Below, one piece after another: positions 35,148-46,546 of a DNA stretch of 64,000 nt (within the stretch, counting starts at the first letter, position 1; the number at the start of each line of letters is the position of its first letter). The notes under the pieces were generated by a model. It saw only the letters and a list, made by a program, of their open reading frames with translations, was not told the origin of the DNA and did no database searches. Source of the stretch: Massalongia carnosa (taxonomy: Eukaryota). The stretch is taken from assembly GCA_965645245.1 (NCBI GenBank), contig OZ287074.1:1-64000 (forward strand). The letters are read 5' to 3'. The translations under genes were made by a program, and so were the position numbers.

Positions 35148-36990
35148 GGGTTTGGGTTGGGTAATATCCAACCCATTCCGCGGCGTAACTCGTTGACTTT
35201 TTATTTTGTTCTGTCGCTATAGTAAACCGTTTCATATTTTGCCTGGATTCGCTGTCCGGAAACATATCGCTCGATGGCTGCGCCTCCGATCGAATCATGA
35301 TGAAAACTTCGCTGATGTCGCCGTCTCGTCCCGTCCGTCCGCTTTCTTGCGCATATTCTTCCATACTGCGCGGGACATCCATGTGCACCAACACCCGAAT
35401 GTCCGATAAATCAATCCCCAACCCAAACGCGCTGGTGGCCACCACCACCCGACGGGTCCCCTGCATCGACCTCTGAAATATCTCGTCCTTGTCAGTCGCA
35501 TGATGATGATATGCGCCGCAATCCAATGCTTGCGCCAACCGCTGCACTTTCGACACTCTGTTGGAGTACACAATCATCTTTCCGCTCGCCCGACTCCGCA
35601 ACATCCCCGTCAAAAATTCGATTTGATGCCTGCCGCTGTTCATCCCCCGCACAATGTGATAACGGATGTTGGCGTGACTCGTGCCGCTGCGAAACATTCG
35701 CACCTCGTCGCGTACGAATCCAATCCGACCATACAATTCCATCTCCTGCCGGGGCCGCAACGTCGCCGTCAACAATATCATCTGCGTTTCTGCCCAGATT
35801 AATCGGCCTAATTGCTGCAACTGCGGTCGGAAATCCCATTGTTCGGTCAATGTGACATGACATTCGTCAACGACTATGCGTTCCAACTGCTGCATGGCTC
35901 GTAATCGGTTGATGAATGTCTGAAAATACCCCGTCACCGCCGACTCCGGCGTGACCAACACTAACGACGCCGCCTCGGGTGGTCGACGACTGCTCCACTC
36001 CGCGCATGTGCTGCCCATGGTCTCGCACCGTCGCCGCATGTCTTGTCTAATGCGATCAACGGCAACACCACCACGCTCACCCCTCCGTGCCCGCACGACG
36101 CCGGCAACATGAATGTCATGCTTTTGCCGCCCCCGGTGGGCATTACCGCGATCACCGGGCTTTCGCCGGCTATGATCGCCTCGATCGTGACCCGTTGCAC
36201 CCCGCGGAACCGACTGCCGGCGCCCATCAATCGCTCCAACTGCTGTTGAATGTCCACTCCACGCAATCGTTTCCATCGATGCATCCGAATCTCTTGATTC
36301 TCTCCTTCCCATACCGTCCGGCGTTCGGTTTCCTGTTTCGACGACTCGTGCGTCGTCATGACCGATGCAAATCCTAAAAACCGATGACATTCTGACTGCT
36401 TTGACGAAACCGCTGACGCTTGCTGGCCACCTCCCCATCGGCCTCTATAATGCCTCATGCATATATCATGCCTGCCACGGGCGATCCATGCCCCGCCTGT
36501 ACGTCCGCAATATCGTTGAATCCATCGTCGGCCGTCTCCTCGTTTTCCGTGTCGGCTTGAAGTGACAAACCCTCTCGCATGTACTTTTGACTGATGCCAA
36601 TGACAATCTCCCGATATGCCTGAATGCCAAATGACACGCCCATGCCGATTCGACTCTCGCGGGGCAAATATCGATGAATCACCATGATATCTCCTTTTCT
36701 CACGTATCCTTTATGATATCGGGTCACGTACACCATCAATCCCTGCTCCACGAATATGTTGCGCTGCTCTCCTCGCGCCGTGTTGCTGTGTCGACAACTC
36801 AATATTTCGGGGCCTCGTCCGGGCTGTCCGCCGCCCATATGCATTAACACCAATAATTTCTCGCAAAATTCCATCACCTGCGCCATGTACGTATCGATTC
36901 CATTGCGATTCCATTGCATTTCGGCGTTGGGCTGAACGAATCGTCGTTTCACCTCCTCATGATTCCATGTTCGATTGAACAACCACCATT
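35148..36990 (-). pseudogene. Telomere-linked RecQ-family helicase (TLH-like) fragment
   Basis: MPTGGGKS, VVDECH, LLTATL, VATSAFGLGID, YAQESGRTGRDG; upstream GGQPGRGPEILS block typical of fungal TLH proteins; frameshifted and truncated by flanking elements. Confidence 0.88.
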
Positions 36991-39900
36991 AAAAATTTAT
37001 TGGAGATCGAACACCATCCGGCCTATCAAGATAGTCTCCATGCGCAATCGATGGTGCCTGACGCACTACAGAAGCACATGGTGAACTGTTTGATAACCGA
37101 AGCCGCATGGACATTTGCCCGTTTCGGTGTGGCCTATATCTGAGAGATACTTGCGGATACCAATCTTACCTGTTCCCATCTGCACCAGGGTGGAACTCAT
37201 TGACTTGTGAAGCCCCTGGTAGAGCTGCAAGACCTTGTTAGTGGGCTAGGGGAGGAGCTTTTTCGTCATCTGTCCGCGTTTTTCTGCCTCCCAATCCTCA
37301 GCCCATTCTTTGCTGATCATTGTCCTCATATTGCGTTTTATCGCCGACTTCACAGTGTGTCCGAGGAAGTCGAAGTGGGTGAAGGAGGGACTCTGGCCAG
37401 GTTCTAACCAGCCTGATGCATCTTTTGCTGCTTGGTCTGCTATCTCGTTGCCTTCTACTCCCATATTCCCAGGTATCCAGCAGAGTCTGACTCTGGCCTG
37501 CATCTCCCGGCATGCGTGGAGTTATCCAATGATCTCGCCTAGTATGAACTGACCTGATTGAGTTCCGGGGTCGGCTACTGATTTGATGGCTGATTGATTA
37601 TCTGCAAAAACCGTTATTATCTCCCCTTGCCGTCGTGTAATAGCCGCCGCCAGTCCCAGGTCGATGCCCACTTGTTCCGCGAGGTAAACTGTGGCTTCTT
37701 TGTTCGTTCCGAGGCGGGTTCCTACCCGTGTGTTGTCGCTGGGGATGACCGATGCCGCACCTACTCCGAAGGGGTTATCACTCCCATGCGTGTATATGAC
37801 TATTTGGTTCGGCTCTGATGTCATTTTGTCATGCTCTTTGATTGCTTCCTCTTTACTGAAGCAATGTGCGTTTCGGGGGGAGACCACCATAATTCCACTG
37901 TGAATGGAAGAATGACCTCTAACCGCCAGGGTTGAGGGCATTTCCCCGAAGTCATTAAGCGGGATTCTAGCTTAGCTAGAGGGCTCCAGTATCGATAGTG
38001 GGAGTCCGCTTGGCTTGTCCAGGCGCGGATCTCACGTATTATGGCGTAAAGGGGGCTTGAACCTATGCGCAGTAGTGACTCGTTCACTGCCTGCTCCATG
38101 CGTTGCCGGCCAGGCAGGATGTGAAGCTCCATATCCAAGGCCGGGCCCGAGGTTGTTCTAAATGCCTCTGAAATGATCAGTGCCGCCCGTCGCTGAATAG
38201 ATCTGACGGCTTTGAGCACGGCGGTTGCTTGCGTGATAGTTCCGTATCCGCCCTCGGGAACATACCATGCAGAGCATCCAAAGGTGAGTTGCGGTAGTAT
38301 GGTGGCTTGATAGATCCTTCGAAGGCTCGCAAGACTGGTGCCCCATGTGGAGCCCGCAAGGCTGCCTAGGGCCCCCAGTCTCTTTGAGGTTTTGGCTTCC
38401 AGTTTCCTTAAATGGGCGTGCCATTTGAGCTTGTTGTCGAATGTGGCGCCCTGGTAGGTGGCGGTATGCTGTGGCTTGATGGTTTTGCCCGCTAGGGAGA
38501 TAGCTCTCCCCGGGGGGTTCAAATCCGTCTCTGAGGGTCCTTTGATAAAATGCAAGAGCTGGAATTTGGCGGGGGCAAATTTGGAGGTGTGTGTCCGCCC
38601 ATTTCTGCTCCCTTGTCATGAACGAGGCTTCGAGATTTCTACAGTTCTGTTCTGCTGAAGTTCCAATAACTAGTTTGGATATGTCATCGACATAGCCCAA
38701 GTTCATCTTTTTGGGCCCTTCCTCTTCCATAAGGTCGGCGTTGTAGAAGAGATAAAGAATAGGAGATATAGGGGATCCCTGATGGACTCCAAAGTTCGTG
38801 GTGAATGGTTGCGAGGTGTAGTCGGGCATGGCGATGGTCGTTTTCCTTTCCTGAAGGAAGCTTTCGATCCATTTAGCTACGTTGCCGCCTATTCTTCTCT
38901 TCCGTAGGTTTTGCAGTAGTCTTTCGTGGGATACGTTATCGTAAGCACCCGAGATGTCCAGCATGAGCACTGTGGCCACTTCGTTGTTAAGCCAGGCTGC
39001 GTGGATGGCCTCTAGGAGCAGATGGAGGGCGTGTTCCGGTGATCTAGCTCGCCTGCCGCCTATATGGAGTCTGTGGAGTAGGCTCTCGGTCTCCACCGCG
39101 TGATTGATTCTGGTTGCAATGATCTTCTCCATAGTCTTACCTAAAGTGTTGATCAAGGCTATTGGTCTGTATGAATTCGGCAAACTGTAGTTGGCCTTAG
39201 CTGGTTTTCTGAGAACTACCGTGGTGGATTCTCTGAAAGCATTGGGGTGATGACCCAGTTCCCAGCTGGCGTTATACAGAGCTACAAGTGTGGGCATGAT
39301 GAGCGGTAACACATCTCTGAAGATTCTATTAGGCAGTCCGTCGGGGCCTGGGGCAGAGAGTGGTGCTGCCTTTGTGATGGCTTTAGTTATTTCCCGAGCT
39401 GAGATGGGAGCAAATTGGATTGGCTCTGGATAGTGATAATCGGCGATGTCTTCAAGATTGGTCGCGTCAGGGATAGGAAAAAACTGTCTGCGAAGCAGTT
39501 CAGCCTTGCCCGAGGCCTCCGTCACTTTGGAGCCATCGCTTTTCATTAGGGTTGGGGTGAAGGCTTGGAATGGGGTCGATCTGTTCTTAGCCCATTTCGC
39601 AAACTTCCAGAGACCATCTGGAGTGCTAGTGGCATCCTCTACCCTGTCCCTATGTGTTGTCTTGAGAGCTTTTTGTACGATTTTGTTTTTGCTGTTTCTC
39701 GCCTCTCGGTAGGCTTCCCAGTCTTCCAGAGAGCGTGTTTCCTTATGCTTGCGCCTGACACGTCTGCATAGGGTGACTGCCTCTTTGCATTCTGGGGTAA
39801 AGCCAGGTTTTGAATGATTGCACCCTCTAGAAAGTGGGACTGCTGTCTCCACTGCGTGCTGGATAGCTTCAACTAACTCATGGGCCAAGTTGTCGAGTTC

Positions 39901-40717
39901 TTGAACTGTGCTCACGCTCCTAGGTGCCGGGAGCTTGTCTGTCATCGTGTCTAGTAGCTTTTTCCTATCAGTCTTAGACCACATGCGAGAGGACCTTATG
40001 GCCTTCTTAACTGTGGTGATATCGAAAGCTGTGCCAATGGGGTAGTGATCTGAGTCACTATCCAAATCTCTTCTCACATCGCACATGAGTACGGCTGAAG
40101 CCACTGCGGGGGTTGCGAACGTTAAGTCTATCGTGCTCTGTGCTGATCTATGATCATATGTTATGGTGCCAGAGGGGAGCAGAAGTTCTAGCTTGCTTTG
40201 ATCGAGAATCTCCAGTAGTTGGTCTGCCTCCGGATGTTGATGATGGTAGTCCATAGGGATGGTGAAGATTGATGTCCCCTACCAATATGTGTTCTCCCTC
40301 CACCTCTAGCGCCTTGATTAGGTCTGACAAGGTGCTGTAGTTTCCCTGAGAGGGGAAGGGATTGTAGATGTTATGGATATTGATGACTCGCTGGGTTTCG
40401 CCAGGAAATTCCAAGTGCAAAGTCATCAGATCGGGAGAGTGGAAGGTTACCTTCCAAGAGGCGCTTGCTATTTCTTTGTTGACGAATATGCACACTCTCG
40501 GAGGGAGCTCTTGTTCTCCTGTCTCGGGGGGATAGAGAAGGTGAAACCCATTTTTGACCGGATTGTGCGTGGTGTGTTGATAGGGGTTCCCCGCCCAGGA
40601 TTCCTGAATGGCCAGGATGCCGTATTTCATGGTTTCCTCCCTGCGAAGGAAGTCCGCCATGACAGTGGTCTTGGATTTGTTGCAGTTGTACTGAAGTATG
40701 GACAGATAGTGGGTGTA

Positions 40718-43700
40718 TGTCAAACCTGAATGTGGTCGATTCTCATCGCCGATCCTCGACCCCCTGTCGCGGCAGATGCCGCTAAGCTACGCCATTTCTT
40801 CCACACCTTTACCCCTCAATTTGCCGGGGTTAATATCGTTGCTGCCATGACCCCTTTTCCCTTCTATATAGGTAGCTAGATGTGGGCATTTCCCACATAC
40901 AGAATACAGCCTTTTTCATCCTTCCTGAATTCATGTGAAAGGTTGACAGTTATGAGCCCGGGTTAGCTGAATTTTTCGCTGCCTCCGTCTTAACTTTAGT
41001 TATTGGTAAGCTGATTTATCGCTGCCTTCATCGACCCCGAAATATCCTAGGCAGGCTGAGTATCGCCGCCGGAATTATCGTATCTCTCATGGAGCATCGC
41101 AGAGTTGATTTATTCCTCGTGCTTCTATTTTCCTTTGCCTTTTTGGTCGTTTCCCTGTTTTTCCCATCTGTCTCCATCTTTGGTCGGTTATCCCAAATGG
41201 AAGACTACTCGTCGGGATCGTCTCGGAAACTCATCGTCTCGGCTCTGACGCCTAGGACCTACAATTCCTGGTTGTCGGAAATCAAGGGTATCGCAGTACG
41301 ATCTCAGGTATGGGAGTACGTCGATCCGGAAGGATCAGAATCGGAACCTACCATTCCCAAATTTCCCAAATTCAGTGATTACGTCAAAGTCGTCCCGGTT
41401 AATACGCCTGGCACTGACTCTACCAATATCCCTACGCCTGCTATTGTCGCTTCTCAAGGTTCTTCTCAAGGGACAGTTCTCGGCGATTTAAATGGCCCGC
41501 CGGTCCTGATTCCCGAACCATGTTCTCGGTATGCCGATCTCTCGGAATCACAGAAGGAGTCGTACAATGCAGATGAACGGTCACATCGAGGGCTTCAGGC
41601 AGATGCCAGGGCCGCAGCCATGGGAATTGAGAAGGTTCATACGGTCATCCTAGAGTCGGCTAAAGATTATGTCGCCAGGAATGTCAGATCATCCTCGGTT
41701 CGAGAAATTCTTCAGTCCCTGGCCCATAAGTTCAAAAAGAGTCCGGACGAAGTTCAAAGGCAGATCGATCGCCAATACGACGAGTTGAGAAATTCTCACC
41801 CGGTGAAAGGGAAGATCGAATCTTGGATCTGCCAATGGGAAACGCTGAGGGAAGAAATCGTTGCTTTGAAAGTTGAACCCATCTATAGTGAGTATATCTA
41901 CACTCAGCACTTTCTGAAAGCCGCTCGGATATGGGCACCATTCTTTTGCGACACCTGGATCAAGATACGAAATGTATCAGGTCGTCCCCTTAAATTCTTC
42001 GAGGCCGCCAATGAGTATCGGACCGAGATAGAAGAAAATGCAATCAGCACTGGTCGTCGTCAGCAGCTCTCGGCGAATTCCGCTTCTCTGCAAGGACAGT
42101 CTTCTTCCGATCAGGGAAATTCCACTTCTGCCGATAGCAAGTACGGCAATAGCGAATGCCTTTGCGGCGAAACTCACTCCTGGAAAAGATGCCCTTATTT
42201 GACAGTCGAGTCTAGAATCTCGGGATGGAAATTCAATAAGGAGATACGCGACCACATCCGACAGAAAATCGGGTCCAATTCCAAGCTTTATTGGTATGTC
42301 AAACGCGCCGCTACATCCGACATTCTCAACGGCATCTCCGAGCCTGATGAACCTTTGAAACCTCGATATCGAGGAAGAGGTGGAGGTCGAGGGGGTCGCG
42401 GAGATGGAGGTCGTGGCCGAGGCAATGGCAATGCTCCCGCCGAGCTCCCTGTTGTCGAGAATGCTCCAGTCTCTTTTGGAAATACTATCTCGGATCGCGA
42501 CAATCTGCTTCATCTCAGCGTCTCCTACGACTCGGGATGCTCCAATCATCTGACCTGGGACAAATCCCGTTTTATTGACGAAATCATCCCGGCATACGAG
42601 TGGGTCTCGACTCCCGACGGAGATCTCCTTATTGAAGGTTTTGGGACAATGTTGGTGAATGGGACACTAAAAGGGAAGAATCAGCCTCTGCATTTTCGAC
42701 ACACAGCATACGTTCCCGACTCATCGGTGACTTTGATTTCGGTCAGCAAGCTGAAAAAGGATGGATTTCTGTGGAACATGCATACGGACACGGTCGAGAA
42801 GAAGGGTATTTCAATCTTCGAATTGGAAGAGCATTTCGGTCTCTACACTGCCGAGTATCGTCCCGTTGGCCACGCTGGTGCTTTCGCAAATTTCGTCGGT
42901 TCCCGAGTCTCGGCAGATGCCATCCCAAAAGGCACGCCATGGAAATTTCATCTCCGCCTAGGACATTGCCAACCGGAAGTCATTAACCAGTTGTCGAATC
43001 AGAAGATGATTGAGATTTCAAGAGGTAACAGTGGTCAAGATGCTCCAAAGACAGTGAAATGTGAGACGTGCGCATTGTCAAAAATGCATACACTAGTATC
43101 AAGGGTCTCGGCTACTAAAGCCACTAAACCATTCCAGCGTCTTCATTTTGACCTCATTATTTTGAAAAGGACTGCTTTCGATGGGACCACCTGCGTCGCT
43201 CATTTTCAGGATGATTTCACCTCGTTTCATTGGGTCTTCCCCCTGCAAGATCATAAGCAGGAGACACTACTTAGGATTGTCAAGCATGTCATAAATCGGT
43301 GCGATCGACTCGGAGCCGAATTCGGTCTTTTCGTTCAGACCTTTCGAATGGATCAGGAAACGTCGGTTGGAGACGTCATTCAGGACTTCGTCAAGGAACA
43401 GGGAATCGCGTTTGAATGGTCCGCAAAGCATACTAAGGAGCAGAATGGGTCGGCTGAGAGGGCAGGAAGCCTTTTGACTCAGAAGGCTAGATGCATTCGC
43501 ATCGACGCCGATTTGCCAGAAGATCTGTATCCCGAGTGCTATCTCGCTGCTGGACACTTGCTAAATAGGACGCCGACAAAAGGACTAGATTGGAAATCGC
43601 CTCACATCTCCCTGCACCGAGCCCTGAAGAAGCCATACAATTCCGAAATTGGTCATCTCAAGGTCTTTGGGTGCAAGGCATATCCCCTTTTGAAAGGTAA

Positions 43701-46546
43701 AGATGCCCCGCCAAAAAGTGAGAAACTAGCCCCTCGAGCATTTGTTGGCTATCTGGTCGGATACGATTCTACAAACATTTATCGAGTCTGGAATCCCGAG
43801 ACCTGGTCGGTCAGCGGATATAGAGATGTTATCTTTGATGAGGATCAAACCTTCTCCACATACGTCAAAAAGGATCTGATTCCCAAAGAGAAGGTGGCCG
43901 AGTTTGTAGAGCTGGAAGTTTTCGATGCTGCTCCCTACATTGTTGATTTGGCAGAAAATGAGGAGCAATGGCTGGCGACATCTGTGCGCAATCGGTCATT
44001 TGCTGATCCTTCTTCGTCGGTTGAAAATTCGTCTGCACTGGATGTGCCCGCGTCGTTGACTGCGAAAGACGTCCCTATCATGCCGAGACATTCACCGAGT
44101 CAGCAGCATCTTCCAACTCCCGAGAGCACTCCGCCTCCATCGACCTCAGCACCTGCAGCTACATCTTCGTCAACATCTCGCGACAAACAGGTGGTAAAAG
44201 ACAGTCTTCCGAGTAGCATAGATCTACCGACTGATCTGCCAGAAACCGGCCGGACGCCTCTCGGCATTGCCGAATCTTTTGGCACCGGTCCCAGTAGGAA
44301 TATCGGATCTGCCAAATTGGATGTCAGCAATATCGTCGAAGGAAAACGAGTCAGAAAACCGAAGCAGAAATTCGCAAATCTTGCAGCACCTCTCGGCATC
44401 AGACCACTCGGCATCGCTTCGGAACCACTAGGGAATACAAACTCGAGATTGGATGACGGGATGAAGGAATTTTATTTGGCATTTGCAGTGACCACTAGGT
44501 CGACCAGATTGCATAGGGACAGCCTGCCGCCGCCGCCGAAGCAGTGGCGAGGTATGCTTCGACATCCCCATGCAGAAGGATTTCGCAAAGCAGCCGAATT
44601 TGAATATCAGACTCTTCTCAGAATGGACACCTTCGTCGTCATTCCCAAAACTTCCAATCAGAAGCCGCTTCCACTAATGTGGGTCTTTACATACAAGTTC
44701 GACCCGGATGGCTTTCTAGTAAAATACAAGGCACGCCTGGTAGTCCGAGGGGATTTGGAAGAAGTCTCGGCGGAAGATGTATACGCCTCTACGCTGGCAA
44801 TTAAGATCTTCAGGTGCCTCATGGCCCTGACGTCTGCTTTCGGACTCAGGACAAGGCAGTTTGACGCGATCAATGCCTTCCTAAATGCCAAAGCCGATAG
44901 GGTCATCCACGTGTACATGCCAGATGGTTTCGTCATCGAGGGGAAATGCTTGCTCCTGGTCCGGGCTTTGTACGGGCTTCGAAAATCGCCTCTACTATGG
45001 CTACGAGAATTTTCCAAAGCACTCACCTCATTGGACATGCAGCAGATCCCTGGCGAGCCCTGCCTTTTTACCGACTACTCTGGCATCATCCTCTTTTTCT
45101 ATGTGGATGACATAGTCATCATCTTTCCGGAAAGTAGAGCTGCAGACGTAGATCTGCTGATTCAGAAGTTGAATGCTCGATTTGAATTACGCGACATGGG
45201 CCAATTGAGCTTCTTTCTCGGTGTACGGATTGTTCGAAATGCTGGCGACATTTATCTTTGTCAAGACTCCTACATGGACAAGTTGGCAATTGAATACGAG
45301 ATAGACACGTCTAAATCTCCATCATCCCCGCTACCGTCAGACTTCATCGCATTCACCTCTGCCTCGGCAGCTAGCCCAGACTCGGACTCGCCTCGGTCAG
45401 TCGACCAATCCCTGAGGCAGGAGTATCGTAAAAAGGTAGGATCGATCTGCTATCCCGCGAATATCACTCGGCCGGACGTTGCCAAAGCTGCCTCCAAATT
45501 GGCAGAGCATCTCACTTGTCCCGGTCCGGAGCATATAGACGCGGCAAATCACTGCCTGCAATATCTACACACGACTAAGTATCTGGCGATAAAATACTCC
45601 CCCTCGGGAGGTGGCGAGCTTACCGTGCAGTCACCGGATGATGATCAGCTCTCGGCAAAGCATGTCTTCGAAAACACTGCCGATGCCAGCTTTGCAAATA
45701 GTCCCGAGCGACGCAGCTACGAGGGTTTCACATTCAAGCTGTATGGCGGCATGATCGACTGGGCTGCTAGGAAGCAGGCGACCGTTTCAACGTCGACGAC
45801 AGAGGCAGAATTGCTTGCCCTTCTCCATGCCGGCAAGGCATGCATCTGGTGGATCAATTTCTTTGGCAAGCTGGGATTCGACAACGACCATTCGGTCAAA
45901 ATCTACAATGATAACATGCAGACCATCCGCATTCTGACGTCGGAGCAGCCCAAAGTTACGACCAAACTTCTGCATGTGGACATCGCTCAGTTGTGGTTGA
46001 GACAGAGCGTTCAATTTGGTCATCTCAATGTGGGTTATCTACAGACCAACCGGATGACGGCAGATGGTCTCACCAAGCCCTTGCCTCCGCAAAAGCATCG
46101 TTCCTTTCTGGAAATGCTAGGCCTTATTGATATCAAGTATCTGATTTAGGAATGGGGCAGGCGGGAGTGAACCGGGCGGAATTCCTCTCGGCGGGCAGAA
46201 ATTTCTTTTCACTGGCATCTCATTTTGATTTTGCAAGAATTGCACCTTTTTCTCGAATGGGAATTGCTTCATGTTTTCTTCTTTTGGTCAGGATGCTTCG
46301 CATCCTGGGGGGGTGTGTCAAACCTGAATGTGGTCGATTCTCATCGCCGATCCTCGACCCCCTGTCGCGGCAGATGCCGCTAAGCTACGCCATTTCTTCC
46401 ACACCTTTACCCCTCAATTTGCCGGGGTTAATATCGTTGCTGCCATGACCCCTTTTCCCTTCTATATAGGTAGCTAGATGTGGGCATTTTCCACATACAG
46501 AATACAGCCTTTTTCATCCTTCCTGAACTCATGTGAAAGGTTGACA
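40718..46546 (+). mobile_element. Intact Copia family D; LTRs 40718-40948 and 46316-46546, TSD GTGTA
   Basis: 231-bp TG..CA LTRs with two differences by eye; PBS GTTATGAGCCC; G-rich PPT; GTGTA at 40713-40717 and 46547-46551. Confidence 0.97.
41089..46149 (+). CDS. Copia gag-pol polyprotein (1686 aa; true start possibly ATG 41197)
   Basis: YDSGCS protease, FHLRLGH..CETC, HFD/RMDQE/NGSAER integrase, KARLV/YVDD RT, ADASF..TEAE..DN..ADGLTK RNase H; uninterrupted. Confidence 0.96.
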   Translation: MEHRRVDLFLVLLFSFAFLVVSLFFPSVSIFGRLSQMEDYSSGSSRKLIVSALTPRTYNSWLSEIKGIAVRSQVWEYVDPEGSESEPTIPKFPKFSDYVKVVPVNTPGTDSTNIPTPAIVASQGSSQGTVLGDLNGPPVLIPEPCSRYADLSESQKESYNADERSHRGLQADARAAAMGIEKVHTVILESAKDYVARNVRSSSVREILQSLAHKFKKSPDEVQRQIDRQYDELRNSHPVKGKIESWICQWETLREEIVALKVEPIYSEYIYTQHFLKAARIWAPFFCDTWIKIRNVSGRPLKFFEAANEYRTEIEENAISTGRRQQLSANSASLQGQSSSDQGNSTSADSKYGNSECLCGETHSWKRCPYLTVESRISGWKFNKEIRDHIRQKIGSNSKLYWYVKRAATSDILNGISEPDEPLKPRYRGRGGGRGGRGDGGRGRGNGNAPAELPVVENAPVSFGNTISDRDNLLHLSVSYDSGCSNHLTWDKSRFIDEIIPAYEWVSTPDGDLLIEGFGTMLVNGTLKGKNQPLHFRHTAYVPDSSVTLISVSKLKKDGFLWNMHTDTVEKKGISIFELEEHFGLYTAEYRPVGHAGAFANFVGSRVSADAIPKGTPWKFHLRLGHCQPEVINQLSNQKMIEISRGNSGQDAPKTVKCETCALSKMHTLVSRVSATKATKPFQRLHFDLIILKRTAFDGTTCVAHFQDDFTSFHWVFPLQDHKQETLLRIVKHVINRCDRLGAEFGLFVQTFRMDQETSVGDVIQDFVKEQGIAFEWSAKHTKEQNGSAERAGSLLTQKARCIRIDADLPEDLYPECYLAAGHLLNRTPTKGLDWKSPHISLHRALKKPYNSEIGHLKVFGCKAYPLLKGKDAPPKSEKLAPRAFVGYLVGYDSTNIYRVWNPETWSVSGYRDVIFDEDQTFSTYVKKDLIPKEKVAEFVELEVFDAAPYIVDLAENEEQWLATSVRNRSFADPSSSVENSSALDVPASLTAKDVPIMPRHSPSQQHLPTPESTPPPSTSAPAATSSSTSRDKQVVKDSLPSSIDLPTDLPETGRTPLGIAESFGTGPSRNIGSAKLDVSNIVEGKRVRKPKQKFANLAAPLGIRPLGIASEPLGNTNSRLDDGMKEFYLAFAVTTRSTRLHRDSLPPPPKQWRGMLRHPHAEGFRKAAEFEYQTLLRMDTFVVIPKTSNQKPLPLMWVFTYKFDPDGFLVKYKARLVVRGDLEEVSAEDVYASTLAIKIFRCLMALTSAFGLRTRQFDAINAFLNAKADRVIHVYMPDGFVIEGKCLLLVRALYGLRKSPLLWLREFSKALTSLDMQQIPGEPCLFTDYSGIILFFYVDDIVIIFPESRAADVDLLIQKLNARFELRDMGQLSFFLGVRIVRNAGDIYLCQDSYMDKLAIEYEIDTSKSPSSPLPSDFIAFTSASAASPDSDSPRSVDQSLRQEYRKKVGSICYPANITRPDVAKAASKLAEHLTCPGPEHIDAANHCLQYLHTTKYLAIKYSPSGGGELTVQSPDDDQLSAKHVFENTADASFANSPERRSYEGFTFKLYGGMIDWAARKQATVSTSTTEAELLALLHAGKACIWWINFFGKLGFDNDHSVKIYNDNMQTIRILTSEQPKVTTKLLHVDIAQLWLRQSVQFGHLNVGYLQTNRMTADGLTKPLPPQKHRSFLEMLGLIDIKYLI

